Positions 11,387-22,440 of a stretch of 64,000 bases of DNA are shown here, in pieces. Every line of letters starts with the position of its first letter. The first letter of the stretch is position 1. The notes under the pieces are model-generated. The model saw nothing but the letters and a program-made list of their open reading frames with translations. It was not told where the DNA came from and made no database searches. Source of the DNA: Raja brachyura (Eukaryota); the NCBI GenBank assembly GCA_963514005.1, contig OY740784.1:89156001-89220000 (forward strand). Reading direction: 5' to 3'. A program made the translations under genes and the position numbers.

Positions 11387-12190
11387 GGTGGGCGGCACAA
11401 CCCACGTCACAGTGGCCTCTGCAGTCCGTCTTTTTTGGTATGTGTGGGGGGGCAGGGGTGGGGGGGGGTGGTGGGGAAATGTTTTAATTTTTTTCCCTGT
11501 AAGGAGGACCCGACCTTTTCTCTGTTGGGTCTCCGTTGTCGTTGGGGCCTAGCACCGTCGAGCGTCCTCCAACCGGACCTGGGACTCCAGTCGCGGAGCC
11601 TGTGGACTACTTACCATCGTGGGGCTGGCTGAGTTCAGAACGGGAGGAGCTGTGGTGGCGCGCTGCTGCGGCCCGACCCCGGAGATTCGGAGGCTCCAGC
11701 CGCAGTTCCGGTGGACGGTGACATCGGGAGCTCGCGGGTCCCTGGTGGGAGATCGCTTTTCTGAGCTCCCGCAACGGCAACTTCTCCCGCATGAGTTGCG
11801 GGGTTGAAAATGATCTGGAGTGGAGCCTTACATCGCCCAGCGCGGCTTTAACAGCCGCGGGACTTGTTAGTGCCCGCCAGAGGCTCCAACATCAAGACCC
11901 GGAGCGCGGCCTTGCATCGCCCAGCGGGGCCTTAATGGCCGCAGGACTTACTTACCACCGCCCGCCGGAAGCTTTGACTTTGACATCGGGAGGAGAATGG
12001 GGAGAGATAAGACTTTGCCTTCCATCACAGTGAGGAGGAGATTCGCTGTGATGGATGTTTGTGTAAATTGTGTTGTGTCTTGGTTCTTTTTATTGTTTGT
12101 ATGACTGCAGAAACCAAATTTTGTTTGAACCTCAATGAGTAAATTTATTTATTTATTTGGTGAACCTCAAATAAATTGTATTGTATTGTA
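11387..12190 (+). mobile_element. GC-rich non-autonomous retroposon, copy 1
   Basis: Similar along its length to 24934-25788 (minus) and 37140-37950; (TATTG)n tail; no recognisable protein. Confidence 0.8.
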
Positions 12191-15100
12191 AAAAAATTAA
12201 ATCTCTCATAAAACCTCAGTCAGGTGTGTAGAAGCTTAAAGTGTAGGATAACAACAACAACCCCATTCCTTTTCATTGCCTCTTCACTCCTAAATCTAGG
12301 CTTCGGCATGCCGTTCACTTGCATTCAAAGGAGGAAGCTGAATAGACTGATGAGAGCATATTTCATTACAGGCACAAAATCACATAGTCCTTTAACTGTG
12401 CTTTTGGACATGATTTAATTCCCATTGCATTAAGTTTCATTTAAAAGATTATTGGCAATAAGAGAGATACATTTTTAATAGAATTACTTCATTTGTACTA
12501 CAAATATGAGGTTGTTTCTATATATAGAACTGTTATTCAAACTGTTAAGCGAAATAAGCACATTATTAGCCTGGTTCACCAAACCACATTCACTTTCGCT
12601 TAGATGTCTCCAATACATTACTGGTGAGGGCCATAATTTTTCTAAAGGGCCACTGTTACAAAGTAACCTGGTAAACTTGGAAAGGAAATCCGTTTTCATA
12701 CTTAAACGCAAGAATCTTAATTAAACCCAAAATGCAAACTGAAGTCAGAGCAGGATATCAATGTGATTAAACAACTGAGGGATCAAATATTAAAGTTGAA
12801 CATTGAAATGCCGCAACAGAAGTGGTATTGTTTCACATTTATCAGCCAATTACACTCGCGTGTCTGCTTCATATTAATCCATTATCTGGGCACCACTGAC
12901 TAATAAATCTAAGTGCAGCGGAACTAGGACACTCTTTCCTCGAAAGTATCTCACAATATACCCTGTGCAGAACGCATTAAGAAGCACCAGGGAGTAATGC
13001 AGAGCATGTGTTGAGTTCATTTAGTCAGTTAGGCAAAGCGGAAGACATTACTGCTTTGCTTAAATATTTAACCACCTCATTTATTTTGTTGCTGCGCATT
13101 TTTGCACTACATTGGTGTATAATTCCACAATGTTATCCAGTGGAGCATGCATAGCATTCTAACAACCAGCAGAGAGAATTAAACTTCCAATCATTTTACA
13201 CTGGATTCCAGCCAATCTATCTTGCTGGGAAATGCCGTCAATGAAACCACCAGCCTCAAGCCAATTAAACGGCAGAATGCTCAGGATCAACGGCAGGCAT
13301 TGAAGTCGTGGACTAACTGAGCACTGAATCAACCAGTTGATTCTGCCATTGGACCTTCAATGATGTATTGACAGAGAACAAGGTTGCTGAGATCCCTTAT
13401 ACATTCTGTGCCTGATGACAACTAGTGGAAACCAAGACCCTATTGGCTGAATCCTGGCAAAGCAGAAGGTAATTTACTTGTTTTTAATTAGGTTACTTCA
13501 GTTTAATTAGTTGTAATATTTTATTCTAATATGATTGTTTTTTTTTTAAAGAATTATGCACATGTAATTGAACAATTATTTTTTATGTTAAACATTCTTT
13601 GGCAACCAATAAAAAATAAGAAACACATTGATACACAAAAGTTAGAGATGTGTAAGAAATATTAAATTCACTTGCAGTTTTTTCATCTGGTGTAGCTGGG
13701 GTCTGTCGGTTTTCAAAACGTGCACGAATGCTTTAGGCTGGGGCCTCCTCCATGCATCAATGGAGACCCTATCAGGTCAATGAAGTCCAAGGGTTTGCCC
13801 AGCCAGCAAGAATGACCTGCCACACCTGGGCCGGATAAGTACAGGTGCGGAGGGACTGCTGATGGTGATTTCTGGTGAAAGGAGTAGATGAGCAAAATCT
13901 GACCCCATAATTTGTAAATGTTCTTCCACCCTGGAGTGTCTTGTGTATATCAGCAGCCTATCCTCATGCCTCAGATATTTCTACTGAGGTAAAGTCTGTA
14001 GCACAGGTCATTAGTTGCTCGTGTAAATCCAATAGGATTTGTTGGAAAAGGATGGGCCGAATGCTTTCCATTTTGCACTGGACCATACAATGAGTCATTA
14101 ACGTGTCAGGATAATTGAAGTAAAATATTGCAGATACCGGAGGAACTGCTGGAAATAACTCACTGAGCTATGCAGAGATGGTGGGGATGAAGGAAGGTTT
14201 ATATCAAAGACACTTGAGGAGTACTCAGGTCAAGAAATGATCAACCTCATGTTGACTGTTAACAGAGGAAATTAAAGCTGCAAGTTCTTTCTCCAGTGTG
14301 GTTTGCAGCAGCTGATCTCAAGCAAGATTGAAGGCTCATTGGTGTATGAAGGTTTCAATGAAACATCAAAGAAGGAGGGTGCCCACCTGATGACCCCTAT
14401 GACATACCTACCCTACCTTTCACCACTCCAATCCCACTGCCAAAATCAAGAGTGCCGACTTACTAGAGGGATTTAAATATCAAGTCCTATTAGCTCTACA
14501 GTAGATAGATCAGCATCTGCAGTTCCTTTCTACACATAATTTATACAGATCTCTTATCAGCTGAGGAACTATATAGGCTTAACTGCCAAATCTTCCACAT
14601 GTGATTTATTATAAGCCTTCAATGAACCTACTCACCCATCAGGTTATGCATTCAATTGCGACCATCAAGATGTGACTCTTTCAGAAGGAGAATTATAGAA
14701 AACTAATACTTTAATATGAGATAGAACACTTGAAGATGAATTTCTGAGTATCTCACAATTTTCAAATTGGTTTAATAATTTCAATGTATGCCAAATGCGT
14801 ATAGTATCCACAAGAGGTTTCCTGAGTTTGATGTAATGATCCATTAAGGAAATGGGCCTATCATCCAGAATATAGTGTTATCAAGTTGATTAATTTTGTA
14901 ACTCAAGTAACTGTGAGAGTGTTGGTGGACAGTTGACTTCAAATTCCTTGGATTGGAAAGGAGAGGAAATTATAGTATAATTGGAAATTAACTAACATGC
15001 CGGAAATACTCTGCAGATCAGATTATATCATATCTGTGAAGAGACAAAAGAAAGCAGCAGTTTCCAGCTGTTCTGTCTACCTTCCACTAATATTTGTGGA

Positions 15101-15344
15101 TGCATCCCAGGGATATCCCCAGAGGATGAAGCAGAGCATGAACAATGCGGATCTCATGGTGTTGCCAGCTGATGGGCAGGAAGTTAAAGATCGGATTACC
15201 TTGACAGAATGGGCACTGGCACTTCTGTCTTTGCAAGAAGATAAATGATCTGAATAAAATCCAAGGACTGCTACAATGACAGAGGAAAAGGTAAGACCAT
15301 AGTGTAGTATTTGATCTGCTTGGTAATGGGACCTTAACCCACAA

Positions 15345-15662
15345 GGGCGGCACCATGGCGCAGTGGTAGAGTTGTTGCCTTACAGAGCTTGCAGCACCAG
15401 AGACTACTGGTGCTGTCTGTAGGGCGTTTGTACGTTCTCCCCGTGACCGCGTGGGATTTCTCCGAGATCTTTGGTTTCCTCCACACTCCAAAGATGTACA
15501 GGTTTGTAGGTTCATTGGGTTGGGTTTGTACACTTGGTATAAGTGTAAATCATCCCTAGTATGCAAAGGATAGTGTTAATGTGCGGGGATCGCTGGTCGG
15601 TGCGGACTCGGTGAGCCGAAGGGCCTGTTTCCACGCTGTATCTTCAAACTAAACTAAACTAC
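15345..15662 (+). mobile_element. HE1-type V-SINE (tRNA-derived head, V domain, CR1-derived tail)
   Basis: A-box TGGCGCAGTGG; V domain GTTTGTACGTTCTCCCCGTGACCGCGTGGG; tail GCCGAAGGGCCTGTTTCC...(AAACT)n. Confidence 0.85.
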
Positions 15663-16194
15663 TTTACCAGTTGGTGTTGCTGACCTGGATTGAATGCCAT
15701 TTTGGTTTAGTTTACTTAATATTAACACTAATAATGAACTTGTATCATTTAAATACGTTTTTAACTTATTGTAATACTTTGTGTTTTTCATTGCTTCTAT
15801 GTTTTTAATTATTCCAATCTTCCTAAACTGTTTTTTTTTAATGTCTCAGATCTCACAAGATGGGTGTGGCAACAAGGCCTAGAACACAATTTACCCTGCA
15901 ATGTGGCAAAAACTTTCATTTGGCCACGGGTAGTGTGAGGACAGGAATGCAAGACAAAGGCCAGATTAAGCCCAATCTGGCCAGCGAATCCCAGCCACAA
16001 TTCGGAAAAAAAGTTCACGTTTATATGCTGATCATAATTATCCTTCAAACAACATCACTGAAACGGAATCCATGAGGCTATTCAGCCCATTATGTTCACG
16101 CTAGATCCTAGCAAAGCAATTCCATTAGTCTTATTTCGTCACCACCTCATTTCTATTTCTATGTATTCGATCTACTTCATTCTCAATTACAAAA

Positions 16195-16500
16195 AATGCG
16201 CAGTGGTGCAGGTGGTAGAGGTGGTCCCAGTGAACCCAATTCGTTCCTAAATTCCGATACTGTCCGTATGGCATTTGCACATCCTCCCTGTAAACACACG
16301 GTTTCCTCCGGATGCTCTGGTTTCCGCCTATATGTAAAAGACATGCAGGTTGAAAGGTCAATTAGCCTATATAAGTTGCCCCGAGTGTGGGATGTGGGAG
16401 GAGTTCAAGAGAATGAGGGAAGAAAAATTACAGGGAAGATTAATAGGAGAACGGGATTGCTTTGTGGCCCAACATAAATTCAATGGACCATCTGGTCTCC
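16195..16500 (+). mobile_element. Degenerate V-SINE
   Basis: V-domain remnant GTTTCCTCCGGATGCTCTGGTTTCC. Confidence 0.65.
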
Positions 16501-17359
16501 AATCACACAAGCAACAGAAAATGAAAATGCGACCAGTGCATAAGCCACTGTACACCTGTTTACACAGTCATGATTCCACAGATGGCAATCCATGCCAACA
16601 TGAAAGAAGCCAGGTGCTGGGATTGCTGGGTTATTGATTCCCACTGCCAGTGCTGTTCTGATCAGTGAACACCTCTGCAAATCTTTTTATGTTCAGCTGC
16701 AGTCTGCAGACCAGACTGCCTCTATCACTCCCTATACAGTTAGTGCCGTAACAGCAGGCAATAGACAACCTGGTGCTGGGATGACCATTTTCTTTCTGGC
16801 ATCCTGTTATCCTTAGAGCATTACAAACCTCTTGACTACTATCTTTCCTACTTTAAATTACTTCTTTGAGTGCAGTTATCTCCCATGTGGTTGGTGTTCC
16901 AACTTTGTGTGAATAAGCCGCCACGAATCCCCTAAGGACATATTACTATGTTGCCAGTGTTATATAAATACTATTTGTTTCCATTTTAATACCTGACCAC
17001 GATTCATTATAAAATAATTTGCCTGACCGAACACAAAACTCAAGTTCAAGTGATTCTCAAAACTGTAATGAAAGATTATAAGAACTTGTTTTCATATCCT
17101 TTTTATGTATTAATGAGCTTCCTGCACTTTTAAATCCTTACAAGTGAGTCATTTACAATGAGCATTGAGGCCACAGTCATCTGTTTTTATGTTAAACATT
17201 CTTTGGCAACCAACAAAAAATAAAAAACACATTGACACACGCAAGAAAAAGCACGTGAAAAGGAACAAACTTTTTTTAGCGCGACGAAGGAACCATGACC
17301 ATTTAAAAACTCCTTGGCAGAAATAGCTTTCCACTGCTCATGTGCGATTGTCATGAGAA

Positions 17360-18080
17360 AGGCTTGTATTTAGCAAGCATCTGGGGACATCCCAAAGCAT
17401 TCTATTACTAGTGAAGTACTTCTAAAGTGTAGGTTCCTGCTGGAAATGCAAGAGCTAAATTATAAAAATTAGGTGTTCCTCAAAGGCAATGCGATAATCC
17501 TTTTTCCAGTGATATTGCTGAGTAGGAGTCATAGAGTCATAGAGTGATACAGTGTGGAAATAGGCCCTTAGGCCCAACTTATCCACATTTGCCAACATGT
17601 CCCAGCCACATTAGCCCCACCTTCCTGCGTTTGGTCCATATCCCTCCAAACCTGGCCTATGCATGTACCTGTCTAAATATTTCTTAAACGTTGGGATAAT
17701 CCCAGCCTCAACAACCTCCTCTGGCAGTTTGTTCCATTCACCCACCACTCTTTGTGTGTAAAAGCTACCCCTCAGATGCCTATTAAATCTTTGCCCCTTC
17801 ACCTTGAACCTATGTCCTCTGGTATTTTATTCCCCTACTCTGGGCAAGAGAGTCAAGTTTACTCTCCGGGTCTTCTGGGAATAATACCATGGGTCCTTAC
17901 AAATCAACCTGAGATACCAAACTAAGCCTTGGTTTATTTTCTCATTCACAAAGCAGCCCCTCTGATAGTGCAACAAGCCACCAATACTACATTAGAACTT
18001 TCAGTTCAAGTCTCTGGAGTGAGGTTTGAAACACATCTTTGAATTAGAAATGACTTGGCTACTATCCAACACTCAGCTGA
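17360..18080 (-). mobile_element. Old Deu-domain SINE interrupted by a CR1 3' end
   Basis: TCAAGTCTCTGGAGTGAGGTTTGAAAC head remnant near 18006-18033; body pieces on both sides of 17527-17853. Confidence 0.55.
17527..17853 (-). mobile_element. CR1 3' fragment
   Basis: ORF 17611..17802 FYTQRVVGEWNKLP; (AGTCATAG)n tail. Confidence 0.9.
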
Positions 18081-18239
18081 GGAATAGGAAAGCATACCAA
18101 AGACTATTTCTTACAACATAAAATAGTTTTGCACGAGGCAACATTAGACCAAAGTCTGGACTTCTACTGAATTTGGTGCTCATGATTTGGCCTTCCCCAT
18201 TTTGGAGAACTCATGCGTAGACCAGGCATCAAATCTTCA

Positions 18240-18730
18240 GTTTCCCCGTTGTGTCCTTCAGCCCAATTGTCCATGTTGACCAAGATGTCTAATCCAATTT
18301 GTATACATTTGGCCCATATTCCTATCCATTTATTTATACAACTATCTTTTAGATGTTTTAAACGTCCCTGCATTTTCCACATCCTCTGGCAGGTTTTTAC
18401 ATATACCAACCACCTTCTGAGTGAAAAACGGCCCTTAATTCCCCTTTAAATCTTTCCACTCTCAACAAGCCTATATCCTTTAGTTTTAGGGTCACCTGCC
18501 CTGGGTGACTATTGACTGTGACTATTTACCACATCTATGCCTCTCATAATTTTATAAACCTCTGCATGGTCACCCCTCAACCTCATTAAGTCCAGGGAAA
18601 AATACCTCTTTATAATTCAAGTTCTCCATTCCAGACAAAATTACTGTGAATCATTTCTGCACCAATTTTAGCTAAATTCCTTCCTATAATGTGCTGACCA
18701 GCGTTGCTCATAATAATCCAAGGGCTGACA
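18240..18730 (-). mobile_element. Degenerate CR1 3' fragment
   Basis: Similar to other CR1 3' ends; ORF remnant 18164..18409. Confidence 0.65.
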
Positions 18731-19422
18731 AATCAATGTACAACAATTGAAACAAGGAACTGCAGATGATGGTATACAAAAAAAAACACATAATGCTGGA
18801 GTAACTCAGTATGTCAGGCAGTATCTCTGATGAACATGGATACATGATGTTTTGGGTCGGGACCCTTCTTCAGACTCATGTACAAGTGTTCTTCTGGATT
18901 TCAACATCTACAGTCTCTTTTGTCTGCAATTTTGCAAATTGTTGCACTGGAAATCGTGTGAAATGGATTCCCATATTGATTTTTCACATCTTCCTTTCCC
19001 TTCCAGCTGGAATATTCACTCTGCAATGTCCCATGGAGTTTGAAGAAATCTCAGTTCACTCAGCAACGGTCGTGTTGTCTCGTGATAGAAGTAATATGAC
19101 AGGAACGCTCTGGTGCTTAACTTAGCTGTTGCACGAGTCACCATAACTGTGAGGCTGTTATTTTCCTATACCATGGAACTATTTACCTAGAAACAGTAAC
19201 AGATGAGATCATCATTGCAATTATTATTGCAGGTTCTCTTTCAGCTGGAATATCAATTTTTCTTCCTGATTCCCCCCATGCACAGGTTTTTGAAGACAGG
19301 AAGTATTCCATCCTCATACGACTGGGCAAAAACAGAACATGCATGAAAATCTCAGCAAGTCAGGCATTATCTCACTGAGTCATAGAATCGCATAGCACAG
19401 AAATAGGCCCTTTGGTCCAACG

Positions 19423-19740
19423 TTAGACTTTAGAGATACTGTGTGGAAACAGGCCATTCGGCCCACTGAGTCAGCGCCACCCAGCGATCACCCCATTCAC
19501 CAACACTATCCTGCACACTTGGGACAATTTTACAACTTACTAAAGCTAATTAACCTACAAACCTGTAATTCGTTGCTGGTTTCTTCCTTGTGTAGGAAGA
19601 AACCGGAACAACCGGAGAAAACCCATGTAGTCACAGGGAGAGCATACAAACTCCGTATACTCAGCACCCATCATCGGGATTGAACCCGGATCTCTGGCGC
19701 TGAAAAGCAGCAATTCTACAGCTGCACCACTGGGCCACCC
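19423..19740 (-). mobile_element. HE1-type V-SINE
   Basis: Reverse complement of B-box GGTTCAATCCC at ~19677-19687 and of the V domain. Confidence 0.8.
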
Positions 19741-20211
19741 TGGCTAAGCTAAATACATTTTATAACTTGTTAAAGAAGCAACTGCAGATGCTGGAAAATT
19801 GAGGCTACACAAAATGCTGGAGAAACTCAGCGGGTGCAACAGCATCTATGGAGCGAAGGAGATAGGCAATGTTTCGGACCAAAACTCTTCTTCAGACTGA
19901 TGGCCAAATTGGAGAGGCCAGGACTTTACTTTGCTAGATGATGATTGGATTAAGTGTTGAGCCTTGTCTGGGTTTCTTGAATATCTAAGCACATGTTGCG
20001 ATGTTTGCTTCTGGGTGGTGCAGTGGGTGCAGCAGCATCTATGGAGCGAAGGAGATAGGCAACATTTCGGGCCAAAACCCTTCTTCAGACTGATGGGGGG
20101 TGGGGGGAGGTGGGGGGAAGAAAGGAAAAAGGAGGAGGAGGAGCCCGAGGCTGAGGGAGAGGTAGGAAGGGGAGGAGACAGCAAGGGTTAACAGAATTTA
20201 GAGAATTCAAT

Positions 20212-22121
20212 TCAATTCAATTCAATCTTTAATTGTCATTGTGCAGTGTACAATTCAGAGACAACAAAATGCAGTTAGCATCTCCCCAGAAGAGCGAACT
20301 TAGAATAATGAACGGTAAAATATATATATATGTACAAACAGTATCAGTAGTGCAATTATACTGGGGGAAGGAGTGTCCGGGGGGGTGATTGGCAATCACC
20401 GAGGTGCAGAGTTAAGTATTGTAACAGCTGCAGGGAAGAAGCTGTTCCTGAACCTGTTGGTCCGGTAGCACCTCCCGGATAGGAGGAGGGTAAACAGTCT
20501 GTGGCTGGGGTGAGACCAGTCCTTGACGATGCTGCGCGCCCTTCGCAGATATCGCTTGCTTTGGACAGACTCAATGGAGGGGAGTGAGCAACCGGTGATG
20601 CGTTGGGCAGTTTTCACCACCCTCTGCAGTGCTTTCTGGTCGGAGACAGAGCAGTTGCCATACCATACTGTGATACAGTTGGTAAGGATGCTCTCGATGG
20701 TGCAGCGGTAGATGTTCGCCAGAATCTGAGGAGACAGGTGGACCTTCTTTAGTCTCCCCAAGAAGAAGAGACGCTGGTGAGCCTTCTTGACCAGTGTTGA
20801 GGTATTGTGGGTCCAAGAGAGGTCATCGGAACTGTTGACCCCCAGAAACCTGAAGCTGGAAACACGTTCCACCTCCGTCCCGTTAATATGGATGGGGGTG
20901 TGTGTGCAGCCCCTAGACCTTCTGTAGTCCACAATGAGCTCCTTGGTCTTCTTGGAGTTAAGGGCCAGGTTGTTGTCGGCGCACCATGCTGCCAGGAGCT
21001 GGACCTCCTCCCTACAGGCCGACTCATCGTTGTCGCTGATGAGGCCAATCACCGTTGTATCATCTGCATACTTGATGATGGTGTTAGAACCATGTTCAGG
21101 TGTGCAGTCGTAGGTGAAGAGGGAGTAGAGGAGGGGGCTCAGTACACAGCCCTGTGGAACGCCAGTGTTCAGGGTGATGGTTGAAGAGGTGTGGTTGTCC
21201 AACCTAACAGACTGTGGTCTGTTAGTCAGGAAGTCCAGTATCCAGTTGCCGAGGGAGGTGTAGATGCCCAGGTCGCCGCGTTTGGTGATCAATTTTGAGG
21301 GGATAATGGTGTTAAATGCTGAGCTAAAGTCAATGAACAGCATTCTCACATAGGTGTCTCTGTTATCGAGGTGAGAGAGGGCGGAGTGAAGTGCCGTTGA
21401 GATGGCATCCTCCATACTCCTATTCTTGCGGTAGGCAAACTGATAGGGGTCCAGTGTGGGAGGTAGGCAGCCTTTCAGGTGTGCCAGGACCAGCCTCTCG
21501 AAGCACTTGGTGATGATGGGATTAAGTGCAACTGGGCGGAAGTCGTTGACGCTCACCGCAGTGGAGCATTTTGGCACCGGCACAATGGAGGTGGTTTTAA
21601 GGCACATGGGGACAACTGCTTGGGCAAGTGACAGATTGAAAATGTCAGTCCAGACGTCTGTCAGCTGTGCAGCACAGGTCCTGAGGACGCACCCGGGGAT
21701 GCCGTCAGGGCCAGCAGCCTTATGTGCATTAACCAAACTCAGTGCTAGATACACGTCGTAGGAGGTGAATGTGAGGGGCTGGTGATCAACAGGGAGCATA
21801 GCCTTGATGGCCATCTCTTGGTTGTCCCTGTCAAAGCGGCCATAAAAGTGGTTAAGCTCCTCAAGGAAGGATGAGTCGCTGGATGTGGGGGTGGTGTTGG
21901 TGGGTCTGAAGTCCGTGATGGCCTGGATGCCTTGCCACATGCTTCGGGGGTCGGAGTTGTTGTTGAAGTGCTCCTCAATCCTAAGCTTGTATCTATGCTT
22001 GGCCATCTTGATGCCCCTCTTCAGGTTAGCCCTGGATGAAATGTAGGCTCGAGCATCGCCTGAACTGAAAGCGGTGTCCCGTGCTTTCAGCAGTAGCCTG
22101 ACCTCGCTCTTCATCCATGGC
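20212..22121 (-). mobile_element. Rex1/Babar-clade LINE, 5' truncated
   Basis: RT ORF, 3' UTR and (ATTGA)n tail; TTCAAT at both junctions. Confidence 0.9.
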
Positions 22122-22126
22122 TTCAA
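20396..22126 (-). CDS. Rex1/Babar reverse transcriptase, uninterrupted 576-aa frame lacking the endonuclease N-terminus
   Basis: KAAGPDGIPG, DFRPVAL, YVRMLFIDFSSAFNTI, GVPQGCVLSPLL, KYADDT, KKAHQRLFFL motifs. Confidence 0.9.
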   Translation of the reverse strand: MKPWMKSEVRLLLKARDTAFSSGDARAYISSRANLKRGIKMAKHRYKLRIEEHFNNNSDPRSMWQGIQAITDFRPTNTTPTSSDSSFLEELNHFYGRFDRDNQEMAIKAMLPVDHQPLTFTSYDVYLALSLVNAHKAAGPDGIPGCVLRTCAAQLTDVWTDIFNLSLAQAVVPMCLKTTSIVPVPKCSTAVSVNDFRPVALNPIITKCFERLVLAHLKGCLPPTLDPYQFAYRKNRSMEDAISTALHSALSHLDNRDTYVRMLFIDFSSAFNTIIPSKLITKRGDLGIYTSLGNWILDFLTNRPQSVRLDNHTSSTITLNTGVPQGCVLSPLLYSLFTYDCTPEHGSNTIIKYADDTTVIGLISDNDESACREEVQLLAAWCADNNLALNSKKTKELIVDYRRSRGCTHTPIHINGTEVERVSSFRFLGVNSSDDLSWTHNTSTLVKKAHQRLFFLGRLKKVHLSPQILANIYRCTIESILTNCITVWYGNCSVSDQKALQRVVKTAQRITGCSLPSIESVQSKRYLRRARSIVKDWSHPSHRLFTLLLSGRCYRTNRFRNSFFPAAVTILNSAPR

Positions 22127-22254
22127 TGTTCATGCCAAGAGGATACAGACTCCCCAAGCGGAATATGAGGTGCTGTTCTTCCAATTTGCGGTGTTGCTCA
22201 CTCTGCTCATTTTATAACTTGGCTAGTTCCATTTGCCTGCATTTGGCCCATCTA

Positions 22255-22440
22255 NNNNNNNNNNNNNNNNNNNNNNNNNNNNNNNNNNNNNNNNNNNNNN
22301 NNNNNNNNNNNNNNNNNNNNNNNNNNNNNNNNNNNNNNNNNNNNNNNNNNNNNNNNNNNNNNNNNNNNNNNNNNNNNNNNNNNNNNNNNNNNNNNNNNNN
22401 NNNNNNNNNNNNNNNNNNNNNNNNNNNNNNNNNNNNNNNN
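22255..22440. other. Assembly gap
   Basis: N run. Confidence 1.

Larger units (their letters stand above)
19770..22207 (-). mobile_element. Penelope-like element 3' portion with two hammerhead-bearing repeats, interrupted by Rex1
   Basis: Perfect 14-bp TSD CATTTTATAACTTG at 19756-19769 and 22208-22221; minus strand encodes QSEQHRKLEEQHLIFRLGSLYPLGMNIE (22205-22123), continuing FSKFC* at ~20207-20187. Confidence 0.9.

Noticed and set aside
13412-13450. CTGATGA...GAAAC hammerhead-like sequence in unique DNA
   Set aside because: Helix II is only 2 bp, the required U before the cleavage site is C, and no helix I pairing is evident.
15345-15420. tRNA-like sequence
   Set aside because: It is the head of a V-SINE with the B-box region deleted; no cloverleaf.
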